A program made the translations under genes and the position numbers. DNA of 64,000 nt. It comes from an uncultured Bacteroidota bacterium (GTDB taxonomy: Bacteria; Bacteroidota; Ignavibacteria; Ignavibacteriales; Ignavibacteriaceae). The stretch spans positions 268,049-332,048 of the forward strand of contig CAVYYF010000007.1 of assembly GCA_963772675.1 (NCBI GenBank). Reading direction: 5' to 3'. This document shows, piece by piece, positions 46,974-57,277 of the stretch. The stretch's first letter is position 1, and each line of letters opens with the position of its first letter. Under the pieces are notes generated by a model. That model was not told where the DNA came from. It ran no database searches and saw only the letters and a list, made by a program, of their open reading frames with translations.

Positions 46974-47942
46974 ATGTCAAAAACTATATTAGCAGTATTA
47001 GAACAAAGAGAAAATAAATTAAAAAAATCGGCATTTGAAGTTGCAACCACAGCAGTAAGTCTTTCAAAAGACCTTGGAATTGAAACTAAAGCAGTAGTTG
47101 TGGGAAATGAAATCGGGAACCTCGATGATATTTCAAAATATGGAATTGCCGACGTAACACATTTTAAGAATGCTGATCTGGCAAACTATTCGTCTACTGC
47201 ATATACAGATGTTGTGGCAGGTTTTGCAAAAGAAACCGATGCTGAATATATTATTTTTGCAGACACAGCACTTGGAAAAGATCTCGCTCCAAGAGTAGCC
47301 GTAAAGTTAAATGCAGGCTGCTTTATTGATTGCGTAGATATTAAAACATCTGATGGAAGTGTCGTAGTTACTCGTCCAATCTATGCCGGTAAGGCTTTGA
47401 TGGAACTGACGCCCAAGAGTGAAATAAAAGTTATATCAATTCGTCCAAATGTATTTAAGCCCCAGGAAGTAGATGGGGGTAGTTTAAATCTTGTTACAAA
47501 AGAGGTAGCCTCTCCTGATCTTTCTACCAGAGTAACCGAGTTCAAAAAATCTGAAGGAAAGATGGATGTTGCGGAGGCTGATATAATAGTTTCGGGTGGC
47601 CGCGGATTGAAAGCTCCTGAAAACTTTAAACTTGTTGAAGAACTCGCCGATGCATTAGGAGCAGCAGTTGGTGCCTCAAGGGCAGCAGTTGACGCTGGCT
47701 GGAGACCACATAGAGAGCAAGTCGGACAAACAGGTAAAACTGTTTCCCCTTCCTTATATGTAGCATGCGGTATTTCTGGAGCCATTCAACATTTGGCAGG
47801 AATGTCCTCCTCAAAGTACATTGTTGCGATCAATAAAGACAAAGAAGCACCTATATTTAGCGTTGCCGATTATGGTATTGCAGGTGACGTTTTTGAGATT
47901 TTGCCTGAATTAACTAAAGAGATCATAAAAATTAAAGGATAA
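46974..47942 (+). CDS. etfA: Electron transfer flavoprotein subunit alpha EtfA
   Basis: VSGGRGL, GASRAAVDAGW, QVGQTGKTVSPSLYVACGISGAIQHLAGM, IVAINKD. Confidence 0.9.
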   Translation: MSKTILAVLEQRENKLKKSAFEVATTAVSLSKDLGIETKAVVVGNEIGNLDDISKYGIADVTHFKNADLANYSSTAYTDVVAGFAKETDAEYIIFADTALGKDLAPRVAVKLNAGCFIDCVDIKTSDGSVVVTRPIYAGKALMELTPKSEIKVISIRPNVFKPQEVDGGSLNLVTKEVASPDLSTRVTEFKKSEGKMDVAEADIIVSGGRGLKAPENFKLVEELADALGAAVGASRAAVDAGWRPHREQVGQTGKTVSPSLYVACGISGAIQHLAGMSSSKYIVAINKDKEAPIFSVADYGIAGDVFEILPELTKEIIKIKG

Positions 47943-47958
47943 GAGTCAGGACATTAAT

Positions 47959-48537
47959 GTGGATAAAATTCAATGTGAAATATTAGGCCTTTCGTCGAGC
48001 CCATCCACAGGAGGGGCTTATGCAATTTTACTGAAAGAAATGAATGGAAGCAGAAGACTTCCAATAATTATAGGAGCTTTTGAAGCACAGGCTATTGCAC
48101 TGGAAATTGAAGGAATTAAACCACCCCGCCCTTTGACACATGATCTGCTAAAAAATTTCCTTGATAATGTGGGTGCCTCAGTTATTGAAGTTCTAATTGA
48201 TGAGTTAAGAGAGAATACATTTTATGCAAAAATAATTCTCGAAATGTCTACTCTCACTAATGAAATCGATGCCCGCCCAAGCGATGCGATTGCCCTGGCA
48301 GTAAGAGCACAATCGCCTATATATGTAGCTGAATCTGTAATGAATGCAGCCGCCTTCATTCCATCTGAAGAGCCAGACAAGCAAAAGGATAGTCAACAAA
48401 CTGAACCTGTTCCGAATACAAAAGAAGCAAAAATAGCTGCACTTCAATCTAAATTAAGAGAGGCTATTGAATCCGAAGAATATGAAAGGGCAGCAAAATT
48501 AAGAGATGATATTCAAAGATTAGCTAATAATAATTAG
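47959..48537 (+). CDS. Bifunctional nuclease (BFN/DUF151) domain protein with a C-terminal UVR motif
   Basis: RRLPIIIGAFEAQAIA...PRPLTHDL...ARPSDAIALAVR (DUF151) plus EEYERAAKLRDDIQRL (UVR). Confidence 0.8.
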   Translation: MDKIQCEILGLSSSPSTGGAYAILLKEMNGSRRLPIIIGAFEAQAIALEIEGIKPPRPLTHDLLKNFLDNVGASVIEVLIDELRENTFYAKIILEMSTLTNEIDARPSDAIALAVRAQSPIYVAESVMNAAAFIPSEEPDKQKDSQQTEPVPNTKEAKIAALQSKLREAIESEEYERAAKLRDDIQRLANNN

Positions 48538-50012
48538 TTAAACACTCTCTTCCCGATTTCACAATTCAAGCATTTACTTTGCGAACAATAATTTCTGTAA
48601 AGGCTAATCATTCCCTGATGATATACGCTGATCCCCTGCTTTCGTTCTACTGATAAAGATTTGGAAATATCACTAACTAACCTACTCTCACTTTTCTGAT
48701 AATAATTCAGGTAAAATCGGAATATCTTTTGGGTAACTTCTTTCCTTCCAAATATCTCAAAATAAACAGAAACAAAAGGAAGGATCACGTTAATTATTAT
48801 ATCATCTGCACGTGCAACACCTATAAAATACTTAATGGTTGTCCCGGGTTTCCCATCAAATACATAATGATTATGCCAGTAACCATCTCCCTTCACAACT
48901 ATATTATTTCTCATAAATGCTTCTATCTTCTTAATATCGTTCTGTTCCTCACATTCGAGAAGTATATTCTTAATCAAATCTTCCTTAAATAATTTATATA
49001 ATAATTTAATACCTCCTGCAATCCTGATGGTCGGAAAATTTGGAGGACGTAACTTTGCAAAATTCCATTGACTTTTTTTGAACACCTTATTGTCGTAATC
49101 TTTTTTAACTAAATCCCAATGTTCAATTAATTTTCTTACATACTCCGTAGTAGCTCCATCATTATATTTAATTCCAGAAGGTATCATCCCACTTACATTA
49201 AAGAATATAGCTTCGAGAATATCCTCAAAATTATCATCATCGCAATATTTCCTCAGCAAGTTTAGTTCAACCGACTGAGCTGTTTTTTTCATTATATCTT
49301 TATTGTTAGTATAGCCAAGCGCTTCAAACACAATCTCATAAAATACCTGTTCCCATATTTTAGTATCTTCAAAATCAGTATGCGTAAAAGTTCTGTTTAT
49401 AAACTTTTCATCAAACTCATATTGTACGACCGGTTCTTGAACATTCAATTCTTTAAGATATACCAGTTCCTTAAGTCTTTGTAATATCCTGTCGCATTTC
49501 TTTTGAAATCTTTGTACACCGAGAGACTGAATAAATTCCAGTTTAGATTTTTCATTTATATCATCTGATATATTTCCACAAGGTATCCTGTAAAGCCTTT
49601 CATTTCTTTCTTCGCGAATTGCCTTTTGAATTGAATTTCTTGATTCGGGAGCTATTAAAGAATCCAGACCAACAGTAGGTATTTTTCTGCCGTTCCTGGT
49701 AACAACATAATTGTATTTATGATCTTCTGAAAGAATCACATGTAAAACTACTTTATTATATTTTTTATTGAAGATATGACCATGATCCCTCCAGTCAGAA
49801 TGAAAACTGTCAATTTCAATATCCCCCTGAAATGTGATACCATCAATTTTAATCCTGGCATTTTTAAAATCAGGACCGTCTGTTTGTGTATTTTCATTTC
49901 CAGGATCAATGACCCGGATTTTTTTCCCATCGCTTGTAGTAAAAAGCTTATTGTTAGATTGGTTTTTCCAGATGTTTGAGAGAAATTTTTCAGGTAGCTT
50001 TTGAGAATTCAT
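48534..50012 (-). CDS. DUF2851 family protein
   Basis: The N-terminus EKFLSNIWKNQ...GKKIRVIDPGNENTQTDGPDFKNARIKIDGITFQGDIEIDSFHSDWRDHGH...NKVVLHVI fits DUF2851 as I remember it. Confidence 0.6.
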   Translation of the reverse strand: MNSQKLPEKFLSNIWKNQSNNKLFTTSDGKKIRVIDPGNENTQTDGPDFKNARIKIDGITFQGDIEIDSFHSDWRDHGHIFNKKYNKVVLHVILSEDHKYNYVVTRNGRKIPTVGLDSLIAPESRNSIQKAIREERNERLYRIPCGNISDDINEKSKLEFIQSLGVQRFQKKCDRILQRLKELVYLKELNVQEPVVQYEFDEKFINRTFTHTDFEDTKIWEQVFYEIVFEALGYTNNKDIMKKTAQSVELNLLRKYCDDDNFEDILEAIFFNVSGMIPSGIKYNDGATTEYVRKLIEHWDLVKKDYDNKVFKKSQWNFAKLRPPNFPTIRIAGGIKLLYKLFKEDLIKNILLECEEQNDIKKIEAFMRNNIVVKGDGYWHNHYVFDGKPGTTIKYFIGVARADDIIINVILPFVSVYFEIFGRKEVTQKIFRFYLNYYQKSESRLVSDISKSLSVERKQGISVYHQGMISLYRNYCSQSKCLNCEIGKRVFN

Positions 50013-50025
50013 TTTTCTGCTAATC

Positions 50026-50490
50026 TTATTCTCTTATAATTATGCTAGTTGCTGATCTTGATTTTTTTTTATGTATCCGATAAAATATTTCAAGCTCACT
50101 TCTTCCCACATTTAGTTTTACATTCTTGAATACATATTTACCGCCCTTGACCCGATAAAACATGTCTCTTTTTTTATTGTTTATGACTAAGAAAAGATCA
50201 CACAACCTTACGAGCGAAGGAATTGCAGCAGAAATATTAATTTCAGGGCTATTCCATTTAAGTGAATCGGGTATATTTAATTTAACAGGTTTTAATTTAG
50301 AATCAATCGTCAAAGATGAAAAATCGTAAATATCAGGAATTTCAGGAGGATTGGTTTCTTCTGTACTAGCTGCGTTTGCAATAGTTTTCTGTTTATTAAA
50401 AGCAGCACTGCTTTTAGGCCTATTATTAATATTTATATATATAAAAACTGCTACAATAATAAATAGAAATATGACTAGTATTTTCTTCAC
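50026..50490 (-). CDS. Hypothetical membrane-anchored protein
   Basis: The N-terminal TM is MKKILVIFLFIIVAVFIYI. It overlaps pyrF by 4 nt. No motif recognised. Confidence 0.5.
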   Translation of the reverse strand: MKKILVIFLFIIVAVFIYININNRPKSSAAFNKQKTIANAASTEETNPPEIPDIYDFSSLTIDSKLKPVKLNIPDSLKWNSPEINISAAIPSLVRLCDLFLVINNKKRDMFYRVKGGKYVFKNVKLNVGRSELEIFYRIHKKKSRSATSIIIRE

Positions 50491-51299
50491 AATTTTAGAG
50501 TATTTTTTACAATTTCGTTTAACCTTATAATTTCATTCTTAGCCGATTCGGTAAATTTATTACTATTATCTTTATATATAATTCCCCTACTACTATTAAT
50601 CAAGATATTAAGACGGTTATTTGTTTTAAAGACCTTTATCACATCTTCAAGGCTTCCACCCTGTGCCCCAATACCCGGTAGCAATACAGGAAGATCGCCA
50701 AATAGTTTTACATTTTCGGATAATTCTTCTATTTGTGTTGCTCCAAAAACGATCCCACAATTTTTATTTTTATTCCATTCTTTTACCTTTTTGATGACAT
50801 TTTGAAAAAGAAATGATCCGTCCTCTAATCTTAGTTTTTCAAAATCATTTGCCCCTTTATTTGATGTTAAGGCAAGTATGAAATTAATTTTACCCTTATT
50901 TTCAAGAAACGGATTAACAGAATCAGATCCCATATATGGGTGAATAGTCACAGCATCACATTTGAAATAATCATAAACTGCTGAAGCATACATTTGCGAA
51001 GTATTGCCAATATCACCTCTTTTTGCATCTGCAATAATTAGTATATCATCCGGGATAAGTCTAATTGTCTTCTCTATTAATTCAAATCCTTCAGCACCAT
51101 CTTTTTCATAAAAAGCAAAATTTATTTTATAAGCAGCAGCAAATTTGTATGTGCTTTCAATAATGGATTTATTAAATTCTAATATAGGGCTCTCAGACGA
51201 TTTTAGATGAGAAGGGATTTTATTTAGATCTGAGTCTAATCCGACGCAAATAACTTTTTGCTCGTTGTTTTTTTTTGTGAGTTTTTCTTGTGCAGTCAT
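50487..51299 (-). CDS. pyrF: Orotidine 5'-phosphate decarboxylase (type 2)
   Basis: ICVGLDSD, FYEKDG, IADAKRGDIGNTS, LPGIGAQGG. Confidence 0.9.
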   Translation of the reverse strand: MTAQEKLTKKNNEQKVICVGLDSDLNKIPSHLKSSESPILEFNKSIIESTYKFAAAYKINFAFYEKDGAEGFELIEKTIRLIPDDILIIADAKRGDIGNTSQMYASAVYDYFKCDAVTIHPYMGSDSVNPFLENKGKINFILALTSNKGANDFEKLRLEDGSFLFQNVIKKVKEWNKNKNCGIVFGATQIEELSENVKLFGDLPVLLPGIGAQGGSLEDVIKVFKTNNRLNILINSSRGIIYKDNSNKFTESAKNEIIRLNEIVKNTLKL

Positions 51300-51300
51300 T

Positions 51301-51837
51301 TTATTTAAAATTTTTGTACATCATTGATTCGACGGGATATACTGTCCTCTTGTTATATTTGGCACTCTGTTTCTTATCATAAGAAGTTCCTACCAGTCCG
51401 TCCATTTCAAAATAAATCAATTGACCAATTGGCATTCCTTTATAAACCTTTACAGGCATCTTCACGGATATTTCCAGGGTCCAGTTATTACAAAAACCTG
51501 CATCACCTTTTCCTGCAGTAGCGTGAATGTCAATCCCCAATCTGCCAATGCTGGATTTTCCCTCTAAAAAGGGGACAAAGTTTCTTGTCTCTGTATATTC
51601 TTCTGTAACTCCTAAGTATAAAGTAGCAGGTTGTAGTATAAAACCTTCTTCGGGAATTTCAAAAGTTTTTATTTTATTATGCTGTTTTGCATCAAGGATT
51701 TTATCTACATAGAGGGCCAACCACTTGCCGAGGTGTACATCATAACTGTTAGTTCCCAATTTTTCTCTTCTGAAAGGTTCGATAACAATATTTTTCTTTT
51801 TTATCTCTTCAAGTATTTTTGTATCTGATAATATCAA
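51301..51837 (-). CDS. dcd: dCTP deaminase
   Basis: 178 aa. MILSD..I...I....I.I.P, NSYDVHLG, and the SSIGRLGI motif. Confidence 0.85.
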   Translation of the reverse strand: MILSDTKILEEIKKKNIVIEPFRREKLGTNSYDVHLGKWLALYVDKILDAKQHNKIKTFEIPEEGFILQPATLYLGVTEEYTETRNFVPFLEGKSSIGRLGIDIHATAGKGDAGFCNNWTLEISVKMPVKVYKGMPIGQLIYFEMDGLVGTSYDKKQSAKYNKRTVYPVESMMYKNFK

Positions 51838-51846
51838 TAAACCTCC

Positions 51847-53076
51847 TTAAATATAATTTCTTCGTGTTCTGTAAACGTTTGCTACTATCCCCAGCATAAA
51901 CATATTTACCAGCAAAGAACTACCGCCGTAGCTTACAAATGGCAGTGGGATACCGATTACTGGCATAACTCCTACTGTCATCCCGATATTTATAAAAAGA
52001 TGTATAAAGTAAATGGATAAGATTCCAATTAAGGTTAAACTAAGAAATTCATCTTTGGTTGAGGTAGCAATTTTAAATATCCTGAGAAAAAGAATTAAAA
52101 AAAGAACTAGCGTAAAAACACTTCCTATAAATCCAAATTCTTCTCCAATAACACAGTAAATAAAATCAGTCCATTGTTCGGGTATAAATTGTAATTGAGT
52201 CTGGTGCCCGTTCAAAAAACCTTTGCCTAAAAATCCACCTGAGCCAATAGCGACTTTTGCCTGTATTGAATTATATCCCGTTCCAAGTGGATCTGCATAA
52301 GGATTTACAAATGATAGTATCCTATTCTGCTGATGCTGGCTAAGTGCTTTGAAAACATAATCAGCAAAAAATCCTGCTCCAAGATTAATAGCAAATATTG
52401 ATCCGCTAAAAAATATATCTTTCTTGAAAAGAAATAACACAACCCCAACCAGACCCAGCATTATAATGAAATACATAAAACCAAATACTGATGCAATAGC
52501 AACTATTGCGGGCGAAAGGACAACAAATAATCCGAACAGGCTTATTCCTTTCCAGTAAATCAGGACTAATAATGTTCCAAAAAAGACCAATGAAGTTCCC
52601 ATATCTGGTTCGAGCAATATGAGTAATACAGGAACCAGGCCAATTCCTAAAGTGTACAGAATGTCCTTAAACGATTCTATGTCAGTGTTTCTTTTACTTA
52701 AAAAATACGATACCCCAAAGATCATCCCGATTTTTGCAAACTCAGAAGGTTGAAATCCAAGTGATCCGATGATTAACCAGCTTTTTTGACCAGCAATTTT
52801 TCTACCTACTAAAATAACCATGGTAAGCAATATTAATGACAGAAGATAAGCTGGAATTGCAATTGTTTTAAAAGTATTAGTGGGCAACGAATAAGTAATA
52901 AAGAAGACAATTATGGCAACTGCACCAAAGATTATTTGTTTCTCAAAATTACCGGAAGCAAGAGGATTATTTAAAGTGGAACTGTAAATTGCAGCAAGTC
53001 CTAAACAAAAAAGCAGAACAAGCGGAATAAAAATTCCTAAATCAAACTTATCCTGTAATTTATAATCAATTCTCAC
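51847..53076 (-). CDS. rodA: Rod shape-determining protein RodA (SEDS family)
   Basis: Polytopic FtsW/RodA/SpoVE protein (QPSEFAK, EPDMGT, TDFIYCVIGEEFGFIG, GVMPVIGIPLPFVSYGGSS) downstream of mrdA. Confidence 0.9.
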   Translation of the reverse strand: MRIDYKLQDKFDLGIFIPLVLLFCLGLAAIYSSTLNNPLASGNFEKQIIFGAVAIIVFFITYSLPTNTFKTIAIPAYLLSLILLTMVILVGRKIAGQKSWLIIGSLGFQPSEFAKIGMIFGVSYFLSKRNTDIESFKDILYTLGIGLVPVLLILLEPDMGTSLVFFGTLLVLIYWKGISLFGLFVVLSPAIVAIASVFGFMYFIIMLGLVGVVLFLFKKDIFFSGSIFAINLGAGFFADYVFKALSQHQQNRILSFVNPYADPLGTGYNSIQAKVAIGSGGFLGKGFLNGHQTQLQFIPEQWTDFIYCVIGEEFGFIGSVFTLVLFLILFLRIFKIATSTKDEFLSLTLIGILSIYFIHLFINIGMTVGVMPVIGIPLPFVSYGGSSLLVNMFMLGIVANVYRTRRNYI

Positions 53077-54901
53077 TTCTGGTCCTCTCTGAACTCTGAT
53101 TCATTGCAACCTTATTATCACTCTTAATTACTTTTTTATTATTATCATTTTTCAGATAAGCCTCAATAATATCTTTTGCAATTGGTGCAGCCCAAGAAGC
53201 TCCGAACCCGACATTTTCAACTAAAACACAAATTGCAATTTGAGGATCTTTATAAGGTGCAAATCCTATAAACCACGCGTGATCTTTGCCATGAGGATTT
53301 TGTGCGGTTCCGGTTTTCCCAGCCATCTGAATATCTTTTATCCTGCTGCCTGCCGCAGTTCCTTTACCATTAACGACCAGAAACATACCATCTTTAACAA
53401 TATCAAATATTTTTTTATCAATATGTACGTCTATTTTTTTCGAATTATTAAGTTTCACTAATTTATGTGTGGTATTGTCAAGATAACCTGTAACCAGATG
53501 AGGCGTATAAGTGACTCCATCATTTGCAATTAGTGAACAATATTGTGCAAGCTGCAATGGAGTAACGCTAACTTCACCCTGTCCAATGCCTAAACTAGCC
53601 ATTATACTCTTTGGCCAATTCTGGCCGTATAATTTTTCATAATATTTTGAATCAGGAATAAAACCTGCCGCTTCATTTCCGATATCAAGATGGGTTACAC
53701 TTTCCAAACCCAAATCTTGTTGCATACTCGTGCCATTTATCCAGACCAATCTTGTAGATCAGATTATAAAAGAAAACATTGCAGGAATGTTCAATTGCAT
53801 GAACAACATTTAAGTCTTCCGTGCACATCATCACATTTGAAATATCTGCCATAGAAAGTAGCACCCCCCGTACATGTAAATGTTGTTGAGGTATTGATTA
53901 CTCCCATATCTAAAGCTGCTAATTGCTTCAAGGGGTTTAAAAGTAGAACCCGGAGGTTGAACTGACATTGTTGCCCGGTTAAAGAAAGGCTTCGCAGGAT
54001 CGTTGTATAACACTTTTAAATAATCTTTAGATGTCACATAAGAAAATTCGCTTAAATCAAAATCAGGTGCGCTGACTAATGCTAATATCTCTCCTGTTTT
54101 AGGATCTATAGCAACAATAGCGCCTCTTTTCCCCTTCAATTCCTTTTCGCCAATTCTCTGAATTTTATCGTCAATAGTTAATATAAGATCGTTTCCTTTA
54201 ATAGCAGGTTTATCTGCTTGCCCATCTTTAAATTTGCCAAGCTCTCTTCTTTTTGAATCAACGAGAACATAATCGTTACCTTTAACGCCTCTTAAAATAT
54301 ATTCGTACTCTTTTTCAATCCCGTTGCTTCCTACATAATCGCCTGGGTTATAATAACCACTGAGAATCCTCTCAAGGCTTTTAGGAGAAATTTCCTTAGT
54401 ATAACCGAACATCTGGGAGCCCCTTACGCTGTCGGGATAACCTCTTTGCATTTCAACAATATAATCTACACCCGGAAGATGTTCAGCATTTTCCTCTAAC
54501 CAAGAAACGACCTTAAAGTCCACACCTCTTTTAATTCTCACGGGAATATATTTTGAATAGATTCTATTATTCTTCAAAATTTTATCTATATAGCCCGGGG
54601 CAACACCGAGAACGGTCTCAAGCAACGGATTTAGACTTTTGTCATAATCAGCCGGGGTAATTCTAACTGTGTAAGCTGGAACATTATTAACTAAAACATC
54701 CATGTTCCTGTCATAAAAAATTCCACGTAGAGGTATTTGTTCGATGGCCTTAATGCTATTGTTTGCAGACTTTTCATCATAAGAATGATGTTCGAGTATC
54801 TGCATCTGGAATAGTCTAAAACCCAACAACGAAAAGGCAGCAACAATTATAAAATAGACAACAGATTTCCTTTCCAGCGATGCAAAATTTTCGGATTTCA
54901 C
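53066..54901 (-). pseudogene. mrdA: Penicillin-binding protein 2 (MrdA), interrupted by three apparent frameshifts within about 230 bp
   Basis: The STFKP (SxxK) motif is at the end of ORF 54901..53831. The next frame gives LAALDMGVINTSTTFTCTGGATFYGRYFKCDDVHGRL. The next gives NVVHAIEHSCNVFFYNLIYKIGLDKWHEYATRFGFGK (SxN). ORF 53749..53066 then carries SLGIGQGEVSVTPLQLAQY and KTGTAQ. Confidence 0.85.
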
Positions 54902-55386
54902 GTAAAGTTCCTTCGCGGATAAAAAACAATGCTGATTAAACTAACTACCGCAGTATATAATCCAGGCAATAATCCCAGTTGAAAAACCATTATTAATAAA
55001 TTAGAATTAAGTTCTATACTACTAAAAAAGGCATTTATGACGGAATTTATCACCGAACACAATAGAACAATTAATGCAAAATTATATGATTTAAAGTAGA
55101 TTTCAATTTTATTTTCATTGGCAAAATATCCCGCTATAAAACCGGCAAGTGTTTTAGCAAGCATTGCACTGCCAAGCAAACTACCCGTTATCAGATCAAA
55201 AAAAAGTCCATAAATGAACCCCAGAACTGTACCATATATTTGGCCATTCCTAAGAGTATAAAATACCAGAAGAATTATTACCAGATCGGGTACAACCCCG
55301 TTAATGGAAACAAGCGGAATTATTGTTGTCTGGATAATAAGAACCGGAAAGAATACTAATATGGGATATATATATTCAGAACGCAT
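54898..55386 (-). CDS. mreD: Rod shape-determining protein MreD
   Basis: 162-aa polytopic membrane protein between mreC and mrdA. Confidence 0.75.
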   Translation of the reverse strand: MRSEYIYPILVFFPVLIIQTTIIPLVSINGVVPDLVIILLVFYTLRNGQIYGTVLGFIYGLFFDLITGSLLGSAMLAKTLAGFIAGYFANENKIEIYFKSYNFALIVLLCSVINSVINAFFSSIELNSNLLIMVFQLGLLPGLYTAVVSLISIVFYPRRNFT

Positions 55387-55387
55387 T

Positions 55388-56221
55388 TTATTTACGGTTA
55401 TAAAAATTTAGTTCCAGGTTATTTTTTTCTAGGCTTTCAACTATGCCGATTACGAATACATTTTCAACTCTGTTAAAATCAACAAATGGCTTTACTTTAG
55501 CTTCGTTAAAAATTCCAGAGGAAACATTATTCAGACCCGTAATAACACCGACAGGCAATGGTACAGGAACTATAGAACTGATCTCAGAAGTAATTACTCT
55601 ATCACCCGGTTTAACGTCATACGTTTTAGGAACATTAATAATAACCAGATAGTCCCCGTTCCATTTCATAATCCCATCAATTCGGCTTCGTTCGTCTTTT
55701 ACCGTAATTTTTATATCGATATTGATTAAGGTTCTAACTATACAAAAATCATCTGAAGTATCATAAACAATCCCAACCAATCCCTGGTCAGTAATAACAG
55801 GCATTCCCGCCTTAACTCCATCATTTTTGCCTACATTTAAAGTAATTGTACTTTGCGATGTTGTCAAAGTTTTTGAAACTACTGTACCGGGTATCAATGG
55901 ATAATTTGTGGCATCTTTTAATGTGAGTAAATTTTTTAATTCCATATTTTGAATACCGTATTCTCTTAAACGGTTAATCTGTAGCATCAACTCGGCATTT
56001 GTTCTGAGGAGTCTTTTATTTTCCCCTTTGATTTTAGCAATATTAGTCACATCAGATACCACCGATGTTACTGCTGCAAAGCTTCCAAAAGCCAGCGCCT
56101 TTAAGTTTTTTACTTCGGGGGTTTTGTTCAAAGAAATTGTTAGAAGACTTAAAATAATAAGCACAACCAGAATAATATATTCTTTAAAGTCATCCCAAAT
56201 TCTCAGGAAAAATCTTATCAT
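55388..56221 (-). CDS. mreC: Rod shape-determining protein MreC
   Basis: N-terminal TM, a coiled coil (ENKRLLRTNAELMLQINRL), and beta-barrel repeats (GMPVITDQGLVGIV, GDRVITS). Positioned after mreB. Confidence 0.85.
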   Translation of the reverse strand: MIRFFLRIWDDFKEYIILVVLIILSLLTISLNKTPEVKNLKALAFGSFAAVTSVVSDVTNIAKIKGENKRLLRTNAELMLQINRLREYGIQNMELKNLLTLKDATNYPLIPGTVVSKTLTTSQSTITLNVGKNDGVKAGMPVITDQGLVGIVYDTSDDFCIVRTLINIDIKITVKDERSRIDGIMKWNGDYLVIINVPKTYDVKPGDRVITSEISSIVPVPLPVGVITGLNNVSSGIFNEAKVKPFVDFNRVENVFVIGIVESLEKNNLELNFYNRK

Positions 56222-56243
56222 AGTTCGATGGACTCACTATCAC

Positions 56244-57269
56244 TTAATATCTTCTATTACGGATTAGAACTTTAGAATAATGATGTAAATTGTCAATTAC
56301 TTTCCCAGCTCCCCTGACAACAGCCGTCAAAGGATCTTCTGCAACGTGAACAGGCAGGTTTGTTTCCATTCTGATTCTTTCATCAAGTCCTTTCAATAAT
56401 GCACCGCCCCCGGTTAACATAACACCTCTATCAAGAATATCTGCTGAAAGTTCAGGGGGAGTTCTTTCAAGAGACTGTCTTACAGCATCCACAATCTGCA
56501 CTACTGATTCATTTAATGCTTCACGAATTTCTACAGAACTTACTTCTGTAGTTTTAGGAACACCACCAACAAGATCTCTTCCTTTTACCTGAATCGTAAT
56601 TTCCTCTTTTAACGGTACAGCTGAACCAACTTCACACTTAATAGCTTCAGCAGTTCTTTCGCCGATAAGTACGTTATGATTTTTTTTAAAGTACTGCATA
56701 ATGCCGTAATTCATCTCATCGCCTGCAATACGAATCGATTCTTCGTTCACAATTCCTGAAAGTGCAATAACGGCAATCTCGGTTGTACCGCCGCCGATAT
56801 CAATAATCATATTGCCAACAGGCGCATCAACCTCTATCCCGATTCCTATAGCTGCTGCCATTGGTTCCGCAATAAGATGGACTTCTTTAGCACCGGCGTG
56901 CTCAGCGCTGTCTCGTACAGCCCTCTTTTCAACTTCAGTTACTCCGCTTGGTACAGCAACAACTACTCTTCTCGTTGAAAGCGAGCCTGCTCTTACTTTT
57001 TTAATAAAAGCCCTTATCATACCTTCCGCAATTTCGAAATCGGCAATTACACCGTCCCTCATTGGCCTGGTAACTCTAATCTCTTTATGTTCACGCCCCT
57101 GCATTTCTTTTGCCTTGTTACCCAACGCAATAATTTTTTTTGTATTCCTATCAAAGGCCACAATTGAAGGTTCATTTAGCACAACGCCTTTCCCCTTAAC
57201 ATAAATTAAGGTATTAGCAGTGCCAAGATCAATTGCGATATCAGTTGTTATAAAATCGAAAATTCCCAT
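56244..57269 (-). CDS. mreB: Rod shape-determining protein MreB
   Basis: DIAIDLGTANTLIYV, VAVPSGVTEVEKRAV, IDIGGGTTEIAVI, GVMLTGGGALLKGLD. Confidence 0.97.
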   Translation of the reverse strand: MGIFDFITTDIAIDLGTANTLIYVKGKGVVLNEPSIVAFDRNTKKIIALGNKAKEMQGREHKEIRVTRPMRDGVIADFEIAEGMIRAFIKKVRAGSLSTRRVVVAVPSGVTEVEKRAVRDSAEHAGAKEVHLIAEPMAAAIGIGIEVDAPVGNMIIDIGGGTTEIAVIALSGIVNEESIRIAGDEMNYGIMQYFKKNHNVLIGERTAEAIKCEVGSAVPLKEEITIQVKGRDLVGGVPKTTEVSSVEIREALNESVVQIVDAVRQSLERTPPELSADILDRGVMLTGGGALLKGLDERIRMETNLPVHVAEDPLTAVVRGAGKVIDNLHHYSKVLIRNRRY

Positions 57270-57277
57270 AGAGCCTC

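Noticed and set aside
47381-47814. Antisense ORFs inside etfA (47381..47785 and 47626..47814), and similar short antisense or overlapping ORFs elsewhere (for example 776..1066, 2212..2526, 2799..3119, 4821..5171, 13121..13450, 56812..57204, 57417..57824).
   Set aside because: Each lies fully within a strongly supported conserved gene on the other strand or frame and has no recognisable motif.
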